This document shows positions 48,679-62,015 of a stretch of DNA of 64,000 nt, one piece after another. Each line of letters begins with the position of its first letter. Position 1 is the stretch's first letter. The notes beneath the pieces are model-generated. The model had not been told where the DNA came from. It saw only the letters and a list, made by a program, of their open reading frames with translations, and searched no databases. Made by a program: the position numbers and the translations under genes. Source of the stretch: Mobula hypostoma (lineage: Eukaryota); assembly GCF_963921235.1 (NCBI RefSeq), contig NC_086097.1, positions 76,138,001 to 76,202,000 of the forward strand, read 5' to 3'.

Positions 48679-50196
48679 AAAACAATGGGAAGAGAATTGA
48701 CTTCCGAAGAATTTAGGTTGTAGACTCCTCAGCACTTTTGAAACCAGGTTTCATACTGCACCAGATTCATACGTAGCACTAAAACAAAGCAAAGTGATAT
48801 GAGGGAACAACTTTGTAGAATATAATTCATTTATGAGTCAGATCATTCCCTGATGCTGGTCTTGGATGGCCAGTGTAGTGTTTGTTTGAAAGGAAGATTA
48901 TTTTACAGCAAAACTAAGCTAGTAGTGCAAATGAATCCTTAGAGAAGATTCTGTTAGGATATGTTGTGTACCTGTCAGGGTTTCACTTCAATTCAGATGA
49001 TGCACTTGACTATTAATATTATCTTATAGGATCAGTATTGAAGGGACTGACAAATCATTTCAGGAAGATAACAGTGAAAGAGTAAATGATAGTAAAGATT
49101 TGAGCAAGGTATATGATACGTAATTTTCAAAATTAAAAATGTGACATTATTAACTTTGGTGGAGAATAATTATTTGATTACATTTTGTATGATGGTTCTC
49201 TACCTAAATGCTGACTTTCTCCTCAATGAACTAACTGCAACTTGGGATTTCTGTGTAAATACAACAATCACTAAGTTGTGGTCAATTGTTCACTATGATT
49301 CTTCTGACTGGCCTGGTTGAGGAAAAGGATTAAAAGTGATGAAATTAATGTGAAATCAGAAAAACTGAATAAATAAAGAACATATTTAAATATCAGAAAC
49401 AAAATAAACAAAGAGCTGCAAAAACGAAGAACCTATTGTTGGTGCAGTTGTTCCATTTATTTCAATGAAAGGAAATGGCTAAAACGAACAAGAGTAAATT
49501 AAGATGTTTAGTTAAATGTATTTACTTCATTAACTTTTTTGGATTTATATTTTTTTTAGTTTGAATTGTTACTTACAGCTGCAAATCAATTAAAATAATC
49601 ACAATTAATGACACAATTAATAATCAAGCTAATTGTCCTTTTTGTTAATAATAGAATACTAACATTTCAGAATTGTCTAATGGTAGGTACCCTCTTTGTT
49701 TTTAAGTTCAAAAGATTCCACTAAAAGTTTTTTTTTTACTTTTAAACCTACGTCACAAATGATTCACCTCTAAGCTCCCAAACACTTTCAAACATTGAAA
49801 TTAAGATCCCAGAGAATGATCTTCATTTGGTTGAAGAAGTGCACTCCACACAATGCAGAAGTTGTTAACGCAGAACAAGGCAAGGCAGGTTGGTCCGTTA
49901 AACACCACCATTGCACGGCAGTTGAAGGTGTACCACATATACATTTGCAGCAATTCCTTAAGACTTTTTTAACTGTAGCTATCAATAAACAGTTTGCTAC
50001 AAATGAAAGAGGTTTACATAAGAAAATGGTTGAAATGTATAAACATAAATATTACCTTCCATTCATGAGTCTAATAGTTTTCAGCCATGTTTACTAATCA
50101 GATTGATTTTAACCAATTTTAGTTCAGCAAAATCAAAGATAACACAGACATTTTATGAAGCCGCAGGATTTGCACTTAAAGAAGATAGGGAACGTC

Positions 50197-50400
50197 GTCT
50201 CAGAAACCTCTGACGGGCATTTTCATGCCTTACAAGGCGCAGGTTGGAAGTCTGTGTGGGACGCCACTCCTCGCACAGACACTAGAGCAAAGTGTGGTTA
50301 AGTGCCTTGCTCAAGGGCACAAACACGCTGCCACAGCTGGGGATTGAACCAGCGACCTTGAGATCACTAGACAAACGCCTTAACCACTTGGCCACGTGCC
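50197..50400 (-). mobile_element. tRNA-derived SINE with Meta-domain-like core
   Basis: Minus strand: ggcacgtggccaagtggttaagg...ggttcaatccc, then gtgcccttgagcaaggcacttaacc. Confidence 0.8.
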
Positions 50401-52219
50401 TAATTATCTTAAAGAAGATAATTAAAGTAAAAAACAGTTGAAGCAAACAGCAAAACAAAAGGTAAATTAGAATAAGGTAAAACTGAGTACTATGTATGGA
50501 AAAGAACACAAGAGAAACAGAGCTAAGAACAAGTAAGATGGATTTCACACATATCTATCCAAATAATTGAATGAACTTAAAGATTAATAATTGAAAATGG
50601 TGAAATTAGTTAGCTAGTTAATGTTATTCCATGTCTTCACTTTCATACTGTCATTGAAAACATTGTCTTGTAGCTATGCAATTAAAAAGAACATAGTTAT
50701 GTTGTAAAATAACATAAGCTTGACGTACTGTTCCACTGGGCTGGCTGCCAGAATGAAGGGAAGTGCTGTCGACCAGCTGTTTGCAGCTTAGTGCCCCAGG
50801 TCTGTGTATGCAAGATGCATGGCCGCACATGTGAGTGCCCTGTCCTTCAAGGAGTGACTTGCTGATAAGCAGCTCCAGGTTCACCTTCACCATGTGCGTG
50901 AATGCCAGCCACTCCTTTGAAAAGAACTTTTGCAAAAGGTGTGTTTGACATACTTCCGTGCTGTAAATTATTTGATAGTTGGTAATAAATGGTTTAAATT
51001 CATTTAAATCACATTTGGATGATTTCAGAGTTTGATGAGGTACCTAAGATGCATTACCTGAGTTTTTTCCCCCTACAGGATGGGGCTTTCCCCACCCTGC
51101 TGGACAAATATTGGGGGTTTGGTCAACTTATCCAGCTCACTGCATCTTGAAATACTAGTGAGTCTGGGTAGTCCTGAGTCACTGCATCTGTATAAATGTC
51201 AATAAGGAGATGCTGGTTTGGAGGTCAACATTCCTCTACCTGTGCTACAGCCTATTTTCATGACATTTTAATTAGTGATTATTTTGTGTGTAAGTATTGA
51301 GAAACATATCACCATTATTTAACTTTTCAGTTTAGGTTATTGGAGTATTTGCCAAGTGTTACCAAACTGACCACAATGTATATCACTAGTAAGATGATCA
51401 ATAAGGGTAGAAATGTCATTTCTTGATTCCCATTGTACAGATGAAAAACATGAAAAACAAAACAAAAAAAATCACGTCCTAAGTGGCAATATCATGAACC
51501 CCCAAAGACCTCTGAATGGCATATGACCTGGTTACAATTTGAGCTAATTTTTTGATATTCCTAGTGGCCATCTGAAACAAGTGTTTGGACTCTTGTAATA
51601 GAATCAGACTTAATCGGTTCTGGAATCTCCAGCAGCTGCTGTGGCCAAAGTAAATGGAGAGAAAAAGATACTGCAGGAGTCTGGGGATCATTAGACATTT
51701 CTACTCGTCCCTCATCTTGGGAGAATTGCCGCAAAGATTGGCATGTGCCCAGCAAAATGCTCAAAGACCCTGAGGCCCAATTTCAAACTAAGAAGGTGCT
51801 CTTGCTTGCTGCGATCACTTATTGTATATAAGACTGTTTGATAAAAATAATAATTATTCCACATTTATTTTAATTGATTTATTGCCAACAAAAATATCCG
51901 GAAGGATAATTTTCCTTTGATTGATGGCTGGTATATATTTGAGTGCATTTAAAGATGTTCCTATGTGGCAGTCTACCATAACTGTGTGGGTTTTAAAATT
52001 GTAGACCATGATCTAATTGCTAAATTACCTCACTCTGTACCCTTGGTGCAAAAGGATACTGGCAACCCACTCCTGTCAACTATTTATCTAACTAGATATT
52101 TCCAGTAGATGCATCATTGCCTAAAGAACAATGTGTGGTCAACCATGTCACAAATATGTGTTGTTAAAACTTTATAAATGGTTATACTGACTGAAGGCAC
52201 TTTGCTGTCTTTCTCCAGG

Positions 52220-52735
52220 ATGACCCGAACCCTGTGTGCGCTCTGCATTTTTCTGTTACTATGGTGTTTTCTGCTATGTACCAGTGAGGGAGCTGGGAAG
52301 AAGAGAAATCGTAGCTCCCAAGGAGCAATTCCCTCACCAGACAAAGGCCAGCCAAACACCTCGGAGCAGGCGGGAAACCGGAGCAATGTGGATGAAGTCT
52401 TGGAGTCGAGTCATGAGGCACTTCACGTCACTGAGAGGAAGTACCTGAAGCGGGACTGGTGCAAAACACAGCCCCTCAAGCAAACCATCCACGAAGAAGG
52501 CTGCAACAGCCGCACCATCATCAATAGGTTCTGCTATGGCCAGTGCAATTCTTTTTACATACCAAGGCACGTCCACAAGGAAGAGGGCTCTTTTCAGTCC
52601 TGCTCCTTCTGTAAGCCTAAAAGATTCACCACCATGACAGTCACCCTAAATTGCCCTGACCTGCAGCCTCCCATTAAGAAGAAAAGAATCCAGAGAGTTA
52701 AACAGTGTCGCTGTATTTCCATCGATCTCAACTAA
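52220..52735 (+). CDS. GREM1: Gremlin-1, DAN-family BMP antagonist, 171 aa, single coding exon
   Basis: Acceptor ctgtctttctccAG|G ATG; hydrophobic signal peptide; QGAIPSPDK; EVLESSHEALHVTERKYLKRDWCKTQPLKQTI; cystine knot ending CRCISIDLN. ARHGAP11A/FMN1 synteny distinguishes it from GREM2. Confidence 0.98.
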   Translation: MTRTLCALCIFLLLWCFLLCTSEGAGKKRNRSSQGAIPSPDKGQPNTSEQAGNRSNVDEVLESSHEALHVTERKYLKRDWCKTQPLKQTIHEEGCNSRTIINRFCYGQCNSFYIPRHVHKEEGSFQSCSFCKPKRFTTMTVTLNCPDLQPPIKKKRIQRVKQCRCISIDLN

Positions 52736-55000
52736 AGTGAGAAGAATACCATCATCACAATTTGACAACCTGCAACGTAATGAACCACAGTCATAACTCT
52801 GGGACAAATGCATTTAAATATGTTTGTATCCTCAATTACCTTTATCTGTTTAAGGACTTGGATTCAGATCCAATCCCCGAGTAGATAATTTCCACTGTGT
52901 GGAGTGTGAATAGTCAGAGAGAAGGATATGAATATTTAAATAATTATTTCAAAGCTCTTGTTCAGAACATTGTGGGTATTTAATAATTAATTTCCGTTTC
53001 ATTGTGTGAGATTGTATTCAACTTAATTTTGCCCATAATACTACAATGCTAACCAAAAGGGAGGTAATTCTGGTATTCATGAAGTTTACTGAACAATTAC
53101 TTTACAATTAACATCATGCATAACTCATTGTAAGAGGCTTGACTTTAAAATATATTTGAACTAATAAAATATCTAGTAGTTTACTTTGTAATTGGCTGGT
53201 CATTCACAAATATGCTTCCAATGATTGCCATTAGAAGTGCGAGTGGGCAGGAAAAGCAATCATCTAAGCAAGAAATGCATTCTTGGACATGCTTGTCTTT
53301 TGATTGCTTTAGCAGCAGTACAAAGTGCCTCTGTAACCAACTGCTGGATGTGCACAAAAGCTTCGAACTTCAAAATACAAGTACAGAATCATTTGTAAAC
53401 CACTTAGATGCACTAAGCATCCAACTTGATATGTTGTTTAAAAAAAGCATTTTTAATGGGCTTATTATACACCCTGAAGAGCACAATTATGGGAATAATT
53501 AACACCTTTGCCAGCTACATGATAGAGAATGGCAGGATTGATCCTAGATCCTTCATACAACTTTACTGATTTCTTTATTTTTCCGCTGAGATGGTTGTAT
53601 AGAGAGGGTACTATTGCTGCTACATATATATTAAATATATGATGAATGCAGAGATCAAACCTTGTGTCATTCACTTACCATTATAATTACATGTTGATAT
53701 TTCCCCTGAGGCTGTTTCTTTTTGACATGCTTGAAATATCTCCTTATGCAGACCAAAGAAAGAACAAAAGTGGTACTTGTGAATATATTTGTAGAAAGCA
53801 ACAGTATTTTGGCTTTTAATTTAATGCCCTTAGCGTAAGTGTGTATTATACTTGCTGCTTTTTACTGTAAAAAAGTATATTATACGTTTATTTCAGTTTC
53901 TGCTGTTAAGTATTAAATTGTTGGGTTGAACAGGTAGCACTGTGATGGAGCATCATTGCACAGTAACATAAATTGGTGGGATATAAAGTTACAATACCTA
54001 GTGCTCCAATGCTGAGCATCTCATTTTGAATAGATTACTAGACGCGGGAAAGAGAAACTAAAAGCTTTCCTGCAACGTGAATGAGAATTAACTTCGGACC
54101 TTCCTCATGCAGATAAAGCATGTATAGAAGTAGCTCATATGTACTCAATGGCACTCAAGAGAGTGCAGGGAAAGAGAGGATGGTGAATGACAAAGATAAA
54201 TGAAAATAAATGGGTAACCACATGTGTTTTTGTTTGGTTATTGGAGAATGATCTTCATTTTGGAATAACTGTATGGAATCATCTGTAATTCATTACAAAA
54301 TGTAAGCTATTCATATTGAAATGATGGACTTATATCAATATCAGAATAATGCTGTCAGATCGCTGATCACTACATTTCACAAAAAAAATTCTGATCTGAG
54401 ATTCAGAATAATACTACCCATACTGAATATAATGAACTGAATCCACCTGGATCTGATGACTTTGAAAACATCCCTTTGAATTCCAGTAGCAAGTTTTTGT
54501 GAAGAGGAACCAGTTCATCTCTTCCCTACTCTCTTAGGGAGTGTCAAATCATGAGAAGAAGCAGGAGTAACCAATGCATTGTTATTCTATTGGATAATTC
54601 TGCAACTCTTATGCTTCAGCAGCATTACACACTGAATGAAAACGCGATTGCATGATCATGGTGCTCTCCTGTATAGTGTAAGCATGATGATTCTGCTTGG
54701 TATAGCCAGGCATCATTAGTAGCAATTAATTAGATTGACTCAGTAATATTAAACGATGAACACTGTATGTATTTATGCTTACTTGTGCATTGTAATATTT
54801 GTACTCATTTTACTGCATGTACTGCAGATTATTTCGTTGTTGAGCTTGCTTATCTTCACTGTCTCATCCAGATGTGGTAAGTTTTAAAAAAAACAAGACG
54901 TCATAAAAAGATTGTAATTAAGCAAAATAAGATCTCATTCCAAGCATTTTATTTGCCATGTTAAATGTTAGTACACAAATAAAAACTACCTTCCGAAGCA
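52736..55000 (+). other. GREM1: Probable GREM1 3' UTR, candidate AATAAA at 54978-54983
   Basis: Repeat-free AT-rich sequence with UTR-like TGTA and TATTTAT motifs near 54760-54800; end inferred. Confidence 0.55.
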
Positions 55001-56829
55001 CTGCATTCCATTTTATTCTCGCTAGGAATTTGCTCCTTGCTGTGATTTTAATACATTGCTCACCCCTGTGGTTCCTTTTCATCATAAAATGTACTGAATT
55101 ACGACTAAGGGACTCAAACCTGTAATTCATTGTGGGTACTTCAAAACACATTGTATAATTGTGTTTCAATCAAATATGTTTGGCACATATATTAATGGTG
55201 ATTAAATCACAGATTTTCATGCATTCATCCATCAATTCCTTCCAGAAAATTAAGAGCAATTTCTACAGATGAATTCTACATTATCAATGATGAAATCTTG
55301 TACTCTCCAATAGCTGTTAAATAGGTGTAGTATTATCAAAAATACAAAGACTTTAAAACATTAAATGAATGTAACCAACCTTAAATTATTTCTATTAATG
55401 AAGGGTCTCCTTTATAAAAGATATTTTAAATGATGAACACAGAGCCATCAATCATGTCATTACAGCATTTACAAAGTGATTTTTATTAGTTTTCCAGAAA
55501 TTTGAGATGCCAATAAAGTCATCACTGTCACTGATATACATACACCAGAGAGAGTAATATCAAGCATTTAATCATTTTAATTTGTAATTAAATTGACTTA
55601 GTAGAAAACAATAAATAGGACACAAAAATAATTCTGCTGAAAGAAAGGAATGTATATTGAGGTTATGGTATTATGGAGGGCCCACATTATCACCACACAT
55701 GACAGAAGAACCAACAATAATTTAAAAAAAAACTCTAAAAATCTTATCTCTATGTCTCAATTGGAGCATCAAAACACAATTCCAACAAAACATTATTTCT
55801 CAGACTCAAGTTTGGCCAAATTAGTATTCTGACCTGATTTTTACATTATGCAGATAATACAATTTCTCCAAGACGAAATCATCAACTCTTGGCCAAACCT
55901 CTAAGTTGCCACATCAGTTACGAGTTCAGTGGCCTGCTAACTTGTATTGCTAATAGCATCTTGTCTTTCTAAACTCACAGAAGGCACTTGCATATGTTCA
56001 CAGACGATCGGATGATACAGGCACTTAGCAACAATGTTGGATCAGTCAATTTCCAGTTACTGGTCCAAAAGAATGTGAGGACATGAGGTTTTGGTTTGGT
56101 TTCTAATAATAGTTTCAAAGATTCATTACCCTGTTTATTTGCAAAATAATTTATTGCATTTGTTATGGGGTTGAGAACAAAGTATCATATTCTTAGTTCA
56201 CTTATATGTTGAAGATGCTTACATAAGAACTTTGGAATGATCAACCTCACCAAAAGCAAATGCAATAGCTCCCTGAATTGGATGGAGCAGGTAGGAAAAA
56301 TTAAACATCATATCCATAATGTATAATATCCTACACAAACTTATTTTTATGCAATAGTTTTTTCCAAAGTATATCTTTTAAATCTGCAGAGGCTTTGTTG
56401 CAAATCCATATCCTTTTTAGTTATATGAATCTAAAGAGGCATGGATAAGTGATTAAGATAACAGATTATTTGCTACATATTTCCACATTTTTAGCTTTAA
56501 GTGGTCCGTAAATCTGATCAGCTATGTGACACTGTATAATTAGAGTTATTGTTTTTGAACAATGTAACAGGGATACATAATCATCAATCTTCTTCTTACT
56601 CTTAGAAAGTTCCATTCTTACTCCTATGTTAACCATAACAAAAACATAAATTGATCAGTAAAGTTCAATGACAAATTAGTCATTTTATTTGTAAAGTGCA
56701 ACTAGAAATAAAGCCTATTATGCACAAGCTGAGCATATGCATAAATTCAAGACAAATTCCCATAAAATAAAATAGTTTACTCTGTTGTTCACAGAAGTAC
56801 CCAGCGCTAAAGGTTGTAATTTCAATTCT

Positions 56830-59478
56830 ATTAATTTTTCAGAACATTTATTGAAACATGTCACACTAGTTATGTAAACATCCCACTACGTTGCTTAAAT
56901 AAACCAACATTAAAATGAACAGCACATTTTAACAAAGACTTCTTAATATATTCAGCAAATGATAAGGAATTATTTCATGTGCTTGTGTGCTTGTTGACTA
57001 AAATAACAAACAGTTCATAAATTACTTCTAATTTTGCTATACACTGCACAAACTGCATATGCAATCCTCTCCAATACTGCCAAATTATATCTCACAGTTT
57101 ACATTGATTACGTACATTGATTATTGGTGTTCTGTTGAGAATCCTTAAACAATGTGCTAACAAACTGGTTTAGCAAACATGCAAATTTCACAACCCATCC
57201 ACCCACACCCACCATCGTTTTACCTGGTTATAAAGACTTGACATTATTTTCATGAACATGTAATTTCAAACTAAATTTAGAAGTTCAAGTGAAATAAGCA
57301 ATTTACATTAGAATAGAGTTTCAAATAAGATGAAAACCCTTTTTAGACTGCATTTTTTATTTCAATAAAACAACAATAAAATTCTTTTCATTGATGAATC
57401 ATGTTCTATAAATATCTGGTGTAAAATGAAAATAAAATCCAATTGATAAAGGAATATACTTATGCCTTAGTTACCTAACTATATAGCATTTATCACCCTT
57501 CGCTAGAAATAAATTTCAGGAGAATTTTCATGACAAACCTTCATTTATAATTTCCTTGCAGAACTTTAAGTACATAACTCACTGTCATTCTGATGTCATT
57601 ATGCTTTAAGTGCAAATCCAGTCTACAAAAGGTGGCAGATTATTTGTTAATGAGAGGCAACACAGTTGATTCCAATCATCCTCTTACTTAGCCTCCGTGC
57701 ATTCAAGTTGGGGTCATCAATATGTGGTAGATCAGTCCCTCTTGCCAATTTAAACACACTGAAAGGCAGCTCTCCTACTCTTTCTGAGATCTGCTAAAGC
57801 AGCATAGGTGAAGAATTAAATCTGATTCTTTCTTGTTCTCTCTCTGGCTTTAAACACCACACTTCACCATGAATGGAATTCTTTTCACTGTAAAGCCATT
57901 ATAGTGAACAACACTTTGGACTATTATTTTTTCATGAAAATATTTCCTATTTCAATAACTATCAAAAGGAACATTCAAATGCTAAAATTAAAAGTTTAAT
58001 AAAATACAATATTAATGAAGAATATTGAATATTTAAGAATAAACCTATAACTTATTCACATAATATTCTGTATAAAAATATTTTCTGAAGAAATCTGTTG
58101 AAGAAATATTTCCGCAGATGACTGAATGGACTCTGCTAAAAATGTAAGCATGATATATTTGAAAGCTTTTTGGAAATTGTAGATGTTTAGAAAAAATTGA
58201 GATCAAGATTATAATAAGTTACTGGAAGAATGGAGTAAAATAAGTTATTAGTGACTGAAAAGGTTTGGTTATGTCAATTATATTTGCTCCTGTATGGTGA
58301 ACATTGAGAAACATAAAGCATTCATGAAAAGAGAAAAACTGACAAAATATATTAACAAGACTGATATATTTGAGAGAAAAAGATAAAGGGGAGAGTGGTA
58401 ATATATATAATTATTGCTATGAATTTATTATGGATTTTTGCCAGTAGTTAAATCTGACTTCTCCAAAATTCTTAGCTTTCTCCTCAAGAATGCATTGACG
58501 AGACTTCCCCACAGATACCATTTTCTTTCATTGTTGCCAGGAAACAAAAAGGAACCATGTCCTAATGAGGGATGGGGAAGGGGCAGCATTCAGACTTGGT
58601 CACAGCAAAAATTTTTAAAGGAATGGCAGACAAAAACCAAGTTCACAGCAGGTCTACAGAGAATAAAAATTGGGTGGCGTGATGGTAGCAAAGCTTTTGG
58701 CGTTTAGCCAGACCCCGGAGGTTACTGTGTATCACCTTTATTTGAGGTACAGAGCAATGGTCAAGTTTGTAAGGTACCAAGCAATATTTTGCAATGACGT
58801 TGGATACTGCTAAGGGAAAAATAATTTGCAGAGATAAAAGAAAACTAAATATTACCAGGTCATTGTCTTCTTCTGAATCTTCTACAGGTATATATTTTTC
58901 TAACAAGTGTCTAGATATCCAGTGAAACAATTTATTGGTGGGCGGGGCTGAGGGAGGCTGAGAAATCCAATGGTATTTAAGACAGCTTGTGCCATGTTTT
59001 ATAGAAGGGCAGAAAGTATAGAATGGAATGCGTATATGAAAATCAAAGTTTATATTGTGACTGAATTCTCCGGCGACCACGGATATTCTAGTATATTTCT
59101 AGAGTAGTATACTGTATTGTAATGGACCTTAGTTTCAGTTCAGAGTATCTTCCCAGAATAACCACCTACCGAGCTTTAATTTTCAGGATCTCCTTTACTT
59201 TGCTTCCTTAGGATATGCAACTTAAACCAAATACCTAAACCTCTCTTGTGTGTGAGCCGAAATACATACTTGCTGTCCCAATTACGAACAAGAAATGCTG
59301 CTGATGTTTGGAATGAATACAACTCTTTTGATGTTAATGTGCAAGTTTAAAGGCTCATTTGCAAGTTTTAAGGAGATAAGCAATGCAAAGTTATGTGGCT
59401 CTTTCAATAAAACATTCCCGAAATTGTGGCAGTATACAAAGCATCAAGTCATAGTATTCTTCCTCTCATTGGTTTTCT
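56830..59478 (-). other. FMN1: Probable FMN1 3' UTR (distal end uncertain)
   Basis: Follows the FMN1 stop; minus-strand AATAAA candidates at 56847-52, 56150-55, 55482-87 and 55012-17. Confidence 0.5.
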
Positions 59479-59523
59479 TCAGTTGGTGGTCACACTTGCT
59501 TCCCTCTGGCGTAGTCTTTCTTT
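59479..59523 (-). CDS. FMN1: Formin-1, last coding exon (KERLRQREASVTTN*)
   Basis: Acceptor ttttgttttaaaaacAG| then 14 codons and TGA; nearly identical to the recalled mammalian C-terminus KERLRQKEASVTTN. Confidence 0.95.
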   Translation of the reverse strand, partial: KERLRQREASVTTN

Positions 59524-59919
59524 CTGTTTTTAAAACAAAATAAGCTTATTGTCATTCAAAGCTTTTGTATTTTGACTGCTTTTGAATTCCAAAATCCACA
59601 TGAGTTTGCTTAACAAGGCTAATTTGTAGATTTTGGAAGAAAAAGGTACATTTTAAATCCTGAATTCTATCTGCTCTCAAATCTACAATGAACTTTTATC
59701 AAAAACAAATCTTAATTTGCTTTTCTTGCTTAGTTCTTTCTTTTGCTCCTTCTATTTTGCTCTCTTTTTTTAAGACAAGGTAATGGGGAACATGTTCTCC
59801 ACATTAGTGGTTCAAATACTCTCCATTTTGAAGATTTCAGGACTTAAATTGGTGGGGTTATCAAATTAGGATAATTATTTGTACGTCCAATTATAAAGAA
59901 GAGAAAATCTGTAGTTGCT

Positions 59920-60520
59920 TGAAATCTGCAGATGCAATCAACACACACAAAATGCTGGAAGAACTCAGCAGACTAGGCAGCATCTACGGAAAAGAGTACA
60001 GTCAATGTTCTGGGCTGAGACACTTCATCAGAATGGGGAAAAAAAAGATGAGTAATCAAAATAAGAAGGTGAGGGGAGGGGTGGAAGAAACACAAGGTGA
60101 TAGGTGAAATCGAGAAGGTGGGGGCGAAGTAAAGAGCTGGGAAGTTGAGAGGTTAAAGAGACATAGGACATAATCTGATAGAAGGGAAAAGGGGGAATCT
60201 GACAGGAGAGGACAGCAGGCCATGGAAGAAAGCAAGGTGGGAGGAGCACCAGAGATGGGCAGATAAGGAGAGAAAGTGAGAGAGGGAAATGGAAATGGGG
60301 AATGGTGAAGGAGAGAGGGGTGGGGTGTTGCTGGAAGTTCAAGAAATCGATGTTCATGCCATCAGGTTGGAGGCTACTCAGATGGAATATAAGGTATTGC
60401 TCCTCCAACCTGAATGTGGCCTCACCCTGACAGTAGAGGACGCCATGGACTGATATGTTGGAATGGGAAGTGGAATTAAAATGGGTGGCCTCTGGGAGAT
60501 CTCATCTTTTCTGGCAGACC
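59920..60520 (-). mobile_element. Penelope-like element 3' end including the GIY-YIG endonuclease C-terminus
   Basis: EEQYLIFHLSSLQPDGMN resembles the Penelope-like endonuclease terminus; followed by the shared terminal repeat with a degenerate hammerhead at about 59999-60034. Confidence 0.82.
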
Positions 60521-61070
60521 TGTGCTGATGGAGATTGTGGAGGAGATGCTGCCAATCTGCACTGACTGGAGTCTGCAGATGAGGAAATTGAGGATCCAAT
60601 TGCACAGGGATGTACTGAGGCCAAGATCTTAAAGCTCACTGATTAGTTTTGAGGGGATGATAGTGTTGAATGCTGAGCTGTAGTCGATAAAGTGCATCCT
60701 GACGTATAGTGCATCCAGATGTTCCAGGGTTGAGTGAAGAATTAGTGAGATGGCACCTGCTGTGGACCTGTTGCTCCAGTAGGCAAATTGGAGCAGATGC
60801 AAGTCACTTCTTAGGCAGCAGTTAATAGGTTTCATCACCAAACTCTCAAAACACTTCATCACTGTGGATGCAAGTGCTACTGGACAATAGTCATTGAGGC
60901 ATGTTACCATGCTTTTCTTAGGCACTGGTATAATTGAAGCCTGCTTGAAACAGATAAGTACCTCAGACTGCTGAAGTGAGAGGTTAAAGACTTCAGTGAA
61001 CACTCCAGCCAGTTGATCAGCACAGATCTTTAGTACTCAGCCAGGTACTAGATCTGGGCCAGATGCTTTT
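60520..61070 (-). mobile_element. Rex1/Babar LINE RT fragment
   Basis: IIPVPKK...[19 protein letters not shown]...LQFAY...[13 protein letters not shown]. Confidence 0.9.
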
Positions 61071-61418
61071 TACTGAGTTATCAATCATAAAAACAACATT
61101 ACTCTCTTTGTTCCATCAAAAGCTTTGTAATTCTGAGGAAGTTCATTATAGCTTCCTTTCAGTTTGTTTGTACCAGTCAAGGAATCTTCACTAGGTATTT
61201 TATAATAACTTCTGATAGGGGTAACCTATTTGGCATATCTTGCTTAAAGAAACTTGACACTAGCTCTTTGCTTTAAATATCACAATATATAAAATGTACA
61301 AATAAATAACCAGTAAGTATATTTAGCACTCTGTAAGCTGCAATTATTAAATAGTTCAAAGAAATGTACAGTGTATAGATATCGACAAAAAACAGACTGC
61401 TAATAAAAACAATATTAC

Positions 61419-61500
61419 CAGGCTGTTAGGGTTTTTTTTCTTTGTTTCAACTTTCTTTTCTTCAGTTATCTTCTTTACTGATAGTTGAGCTTCTTTCAAT
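61419..61500 (-). CDS. FMN1: Formin-1, penultimate coding exon, 82 bp ((R)[27 protein letters not shown])
   Basis: Acceptor atcatttttcAG| and donor CTG|GTAATA; joins the last exon in frame across a 1895-bp intron; resembles mammalian [29 protein letters not shown]. Confidence 0.94.
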
Positions 61501-62015
61501 CTGAAAAATGATAATATTTTACATTTCAATTTATTGTATATGGGGTTTATTTATCTTTTATAATCACATCTAAATTGCATATACTTATATAATGCTTATG
61601 CAAACAGTTTTGCTTTAAATAATTGTGATCTCCCTCTTCAAATCTTTAAAATGCAGGATGATTACAATTTGCTATATCTGAGTGTCCTTAAAAGGTAAAC
61701 TGACCAATCTTCTGACCCTTAATCATCCTTGATACATGGCAAAAGCAAGGCTTATCATTTTATTAAAAAGCACCTTTGAACTTAGATCATTGAGAAATCA
61801 GAGTGGGTGAACAAATTTCACTGCTTCCTCATTTATGACATCTAAGGTTTATGCCATCAGTTTGCCCTACTTTATCATGGGTAGCAAACCAATGGTATGC
61901 ATGCCCAGGATAGTACACACAAATAATTTTAATGGCACATGGCCTGAAGTGCTGCCTCTTCATTCTTTAAACACACCCAATATTTAAAGATACACAATGA
62001 ACATTGATTGCACAA

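Noticed and set aside
52178..52219. 14-codon N-terminal extension of GREM1 shown in the ORF track
   Set aside because: It runs through a polypyrimidine tract and the AG acceptor at 52217-18. The ATG at 52220 begins the signal peptide.
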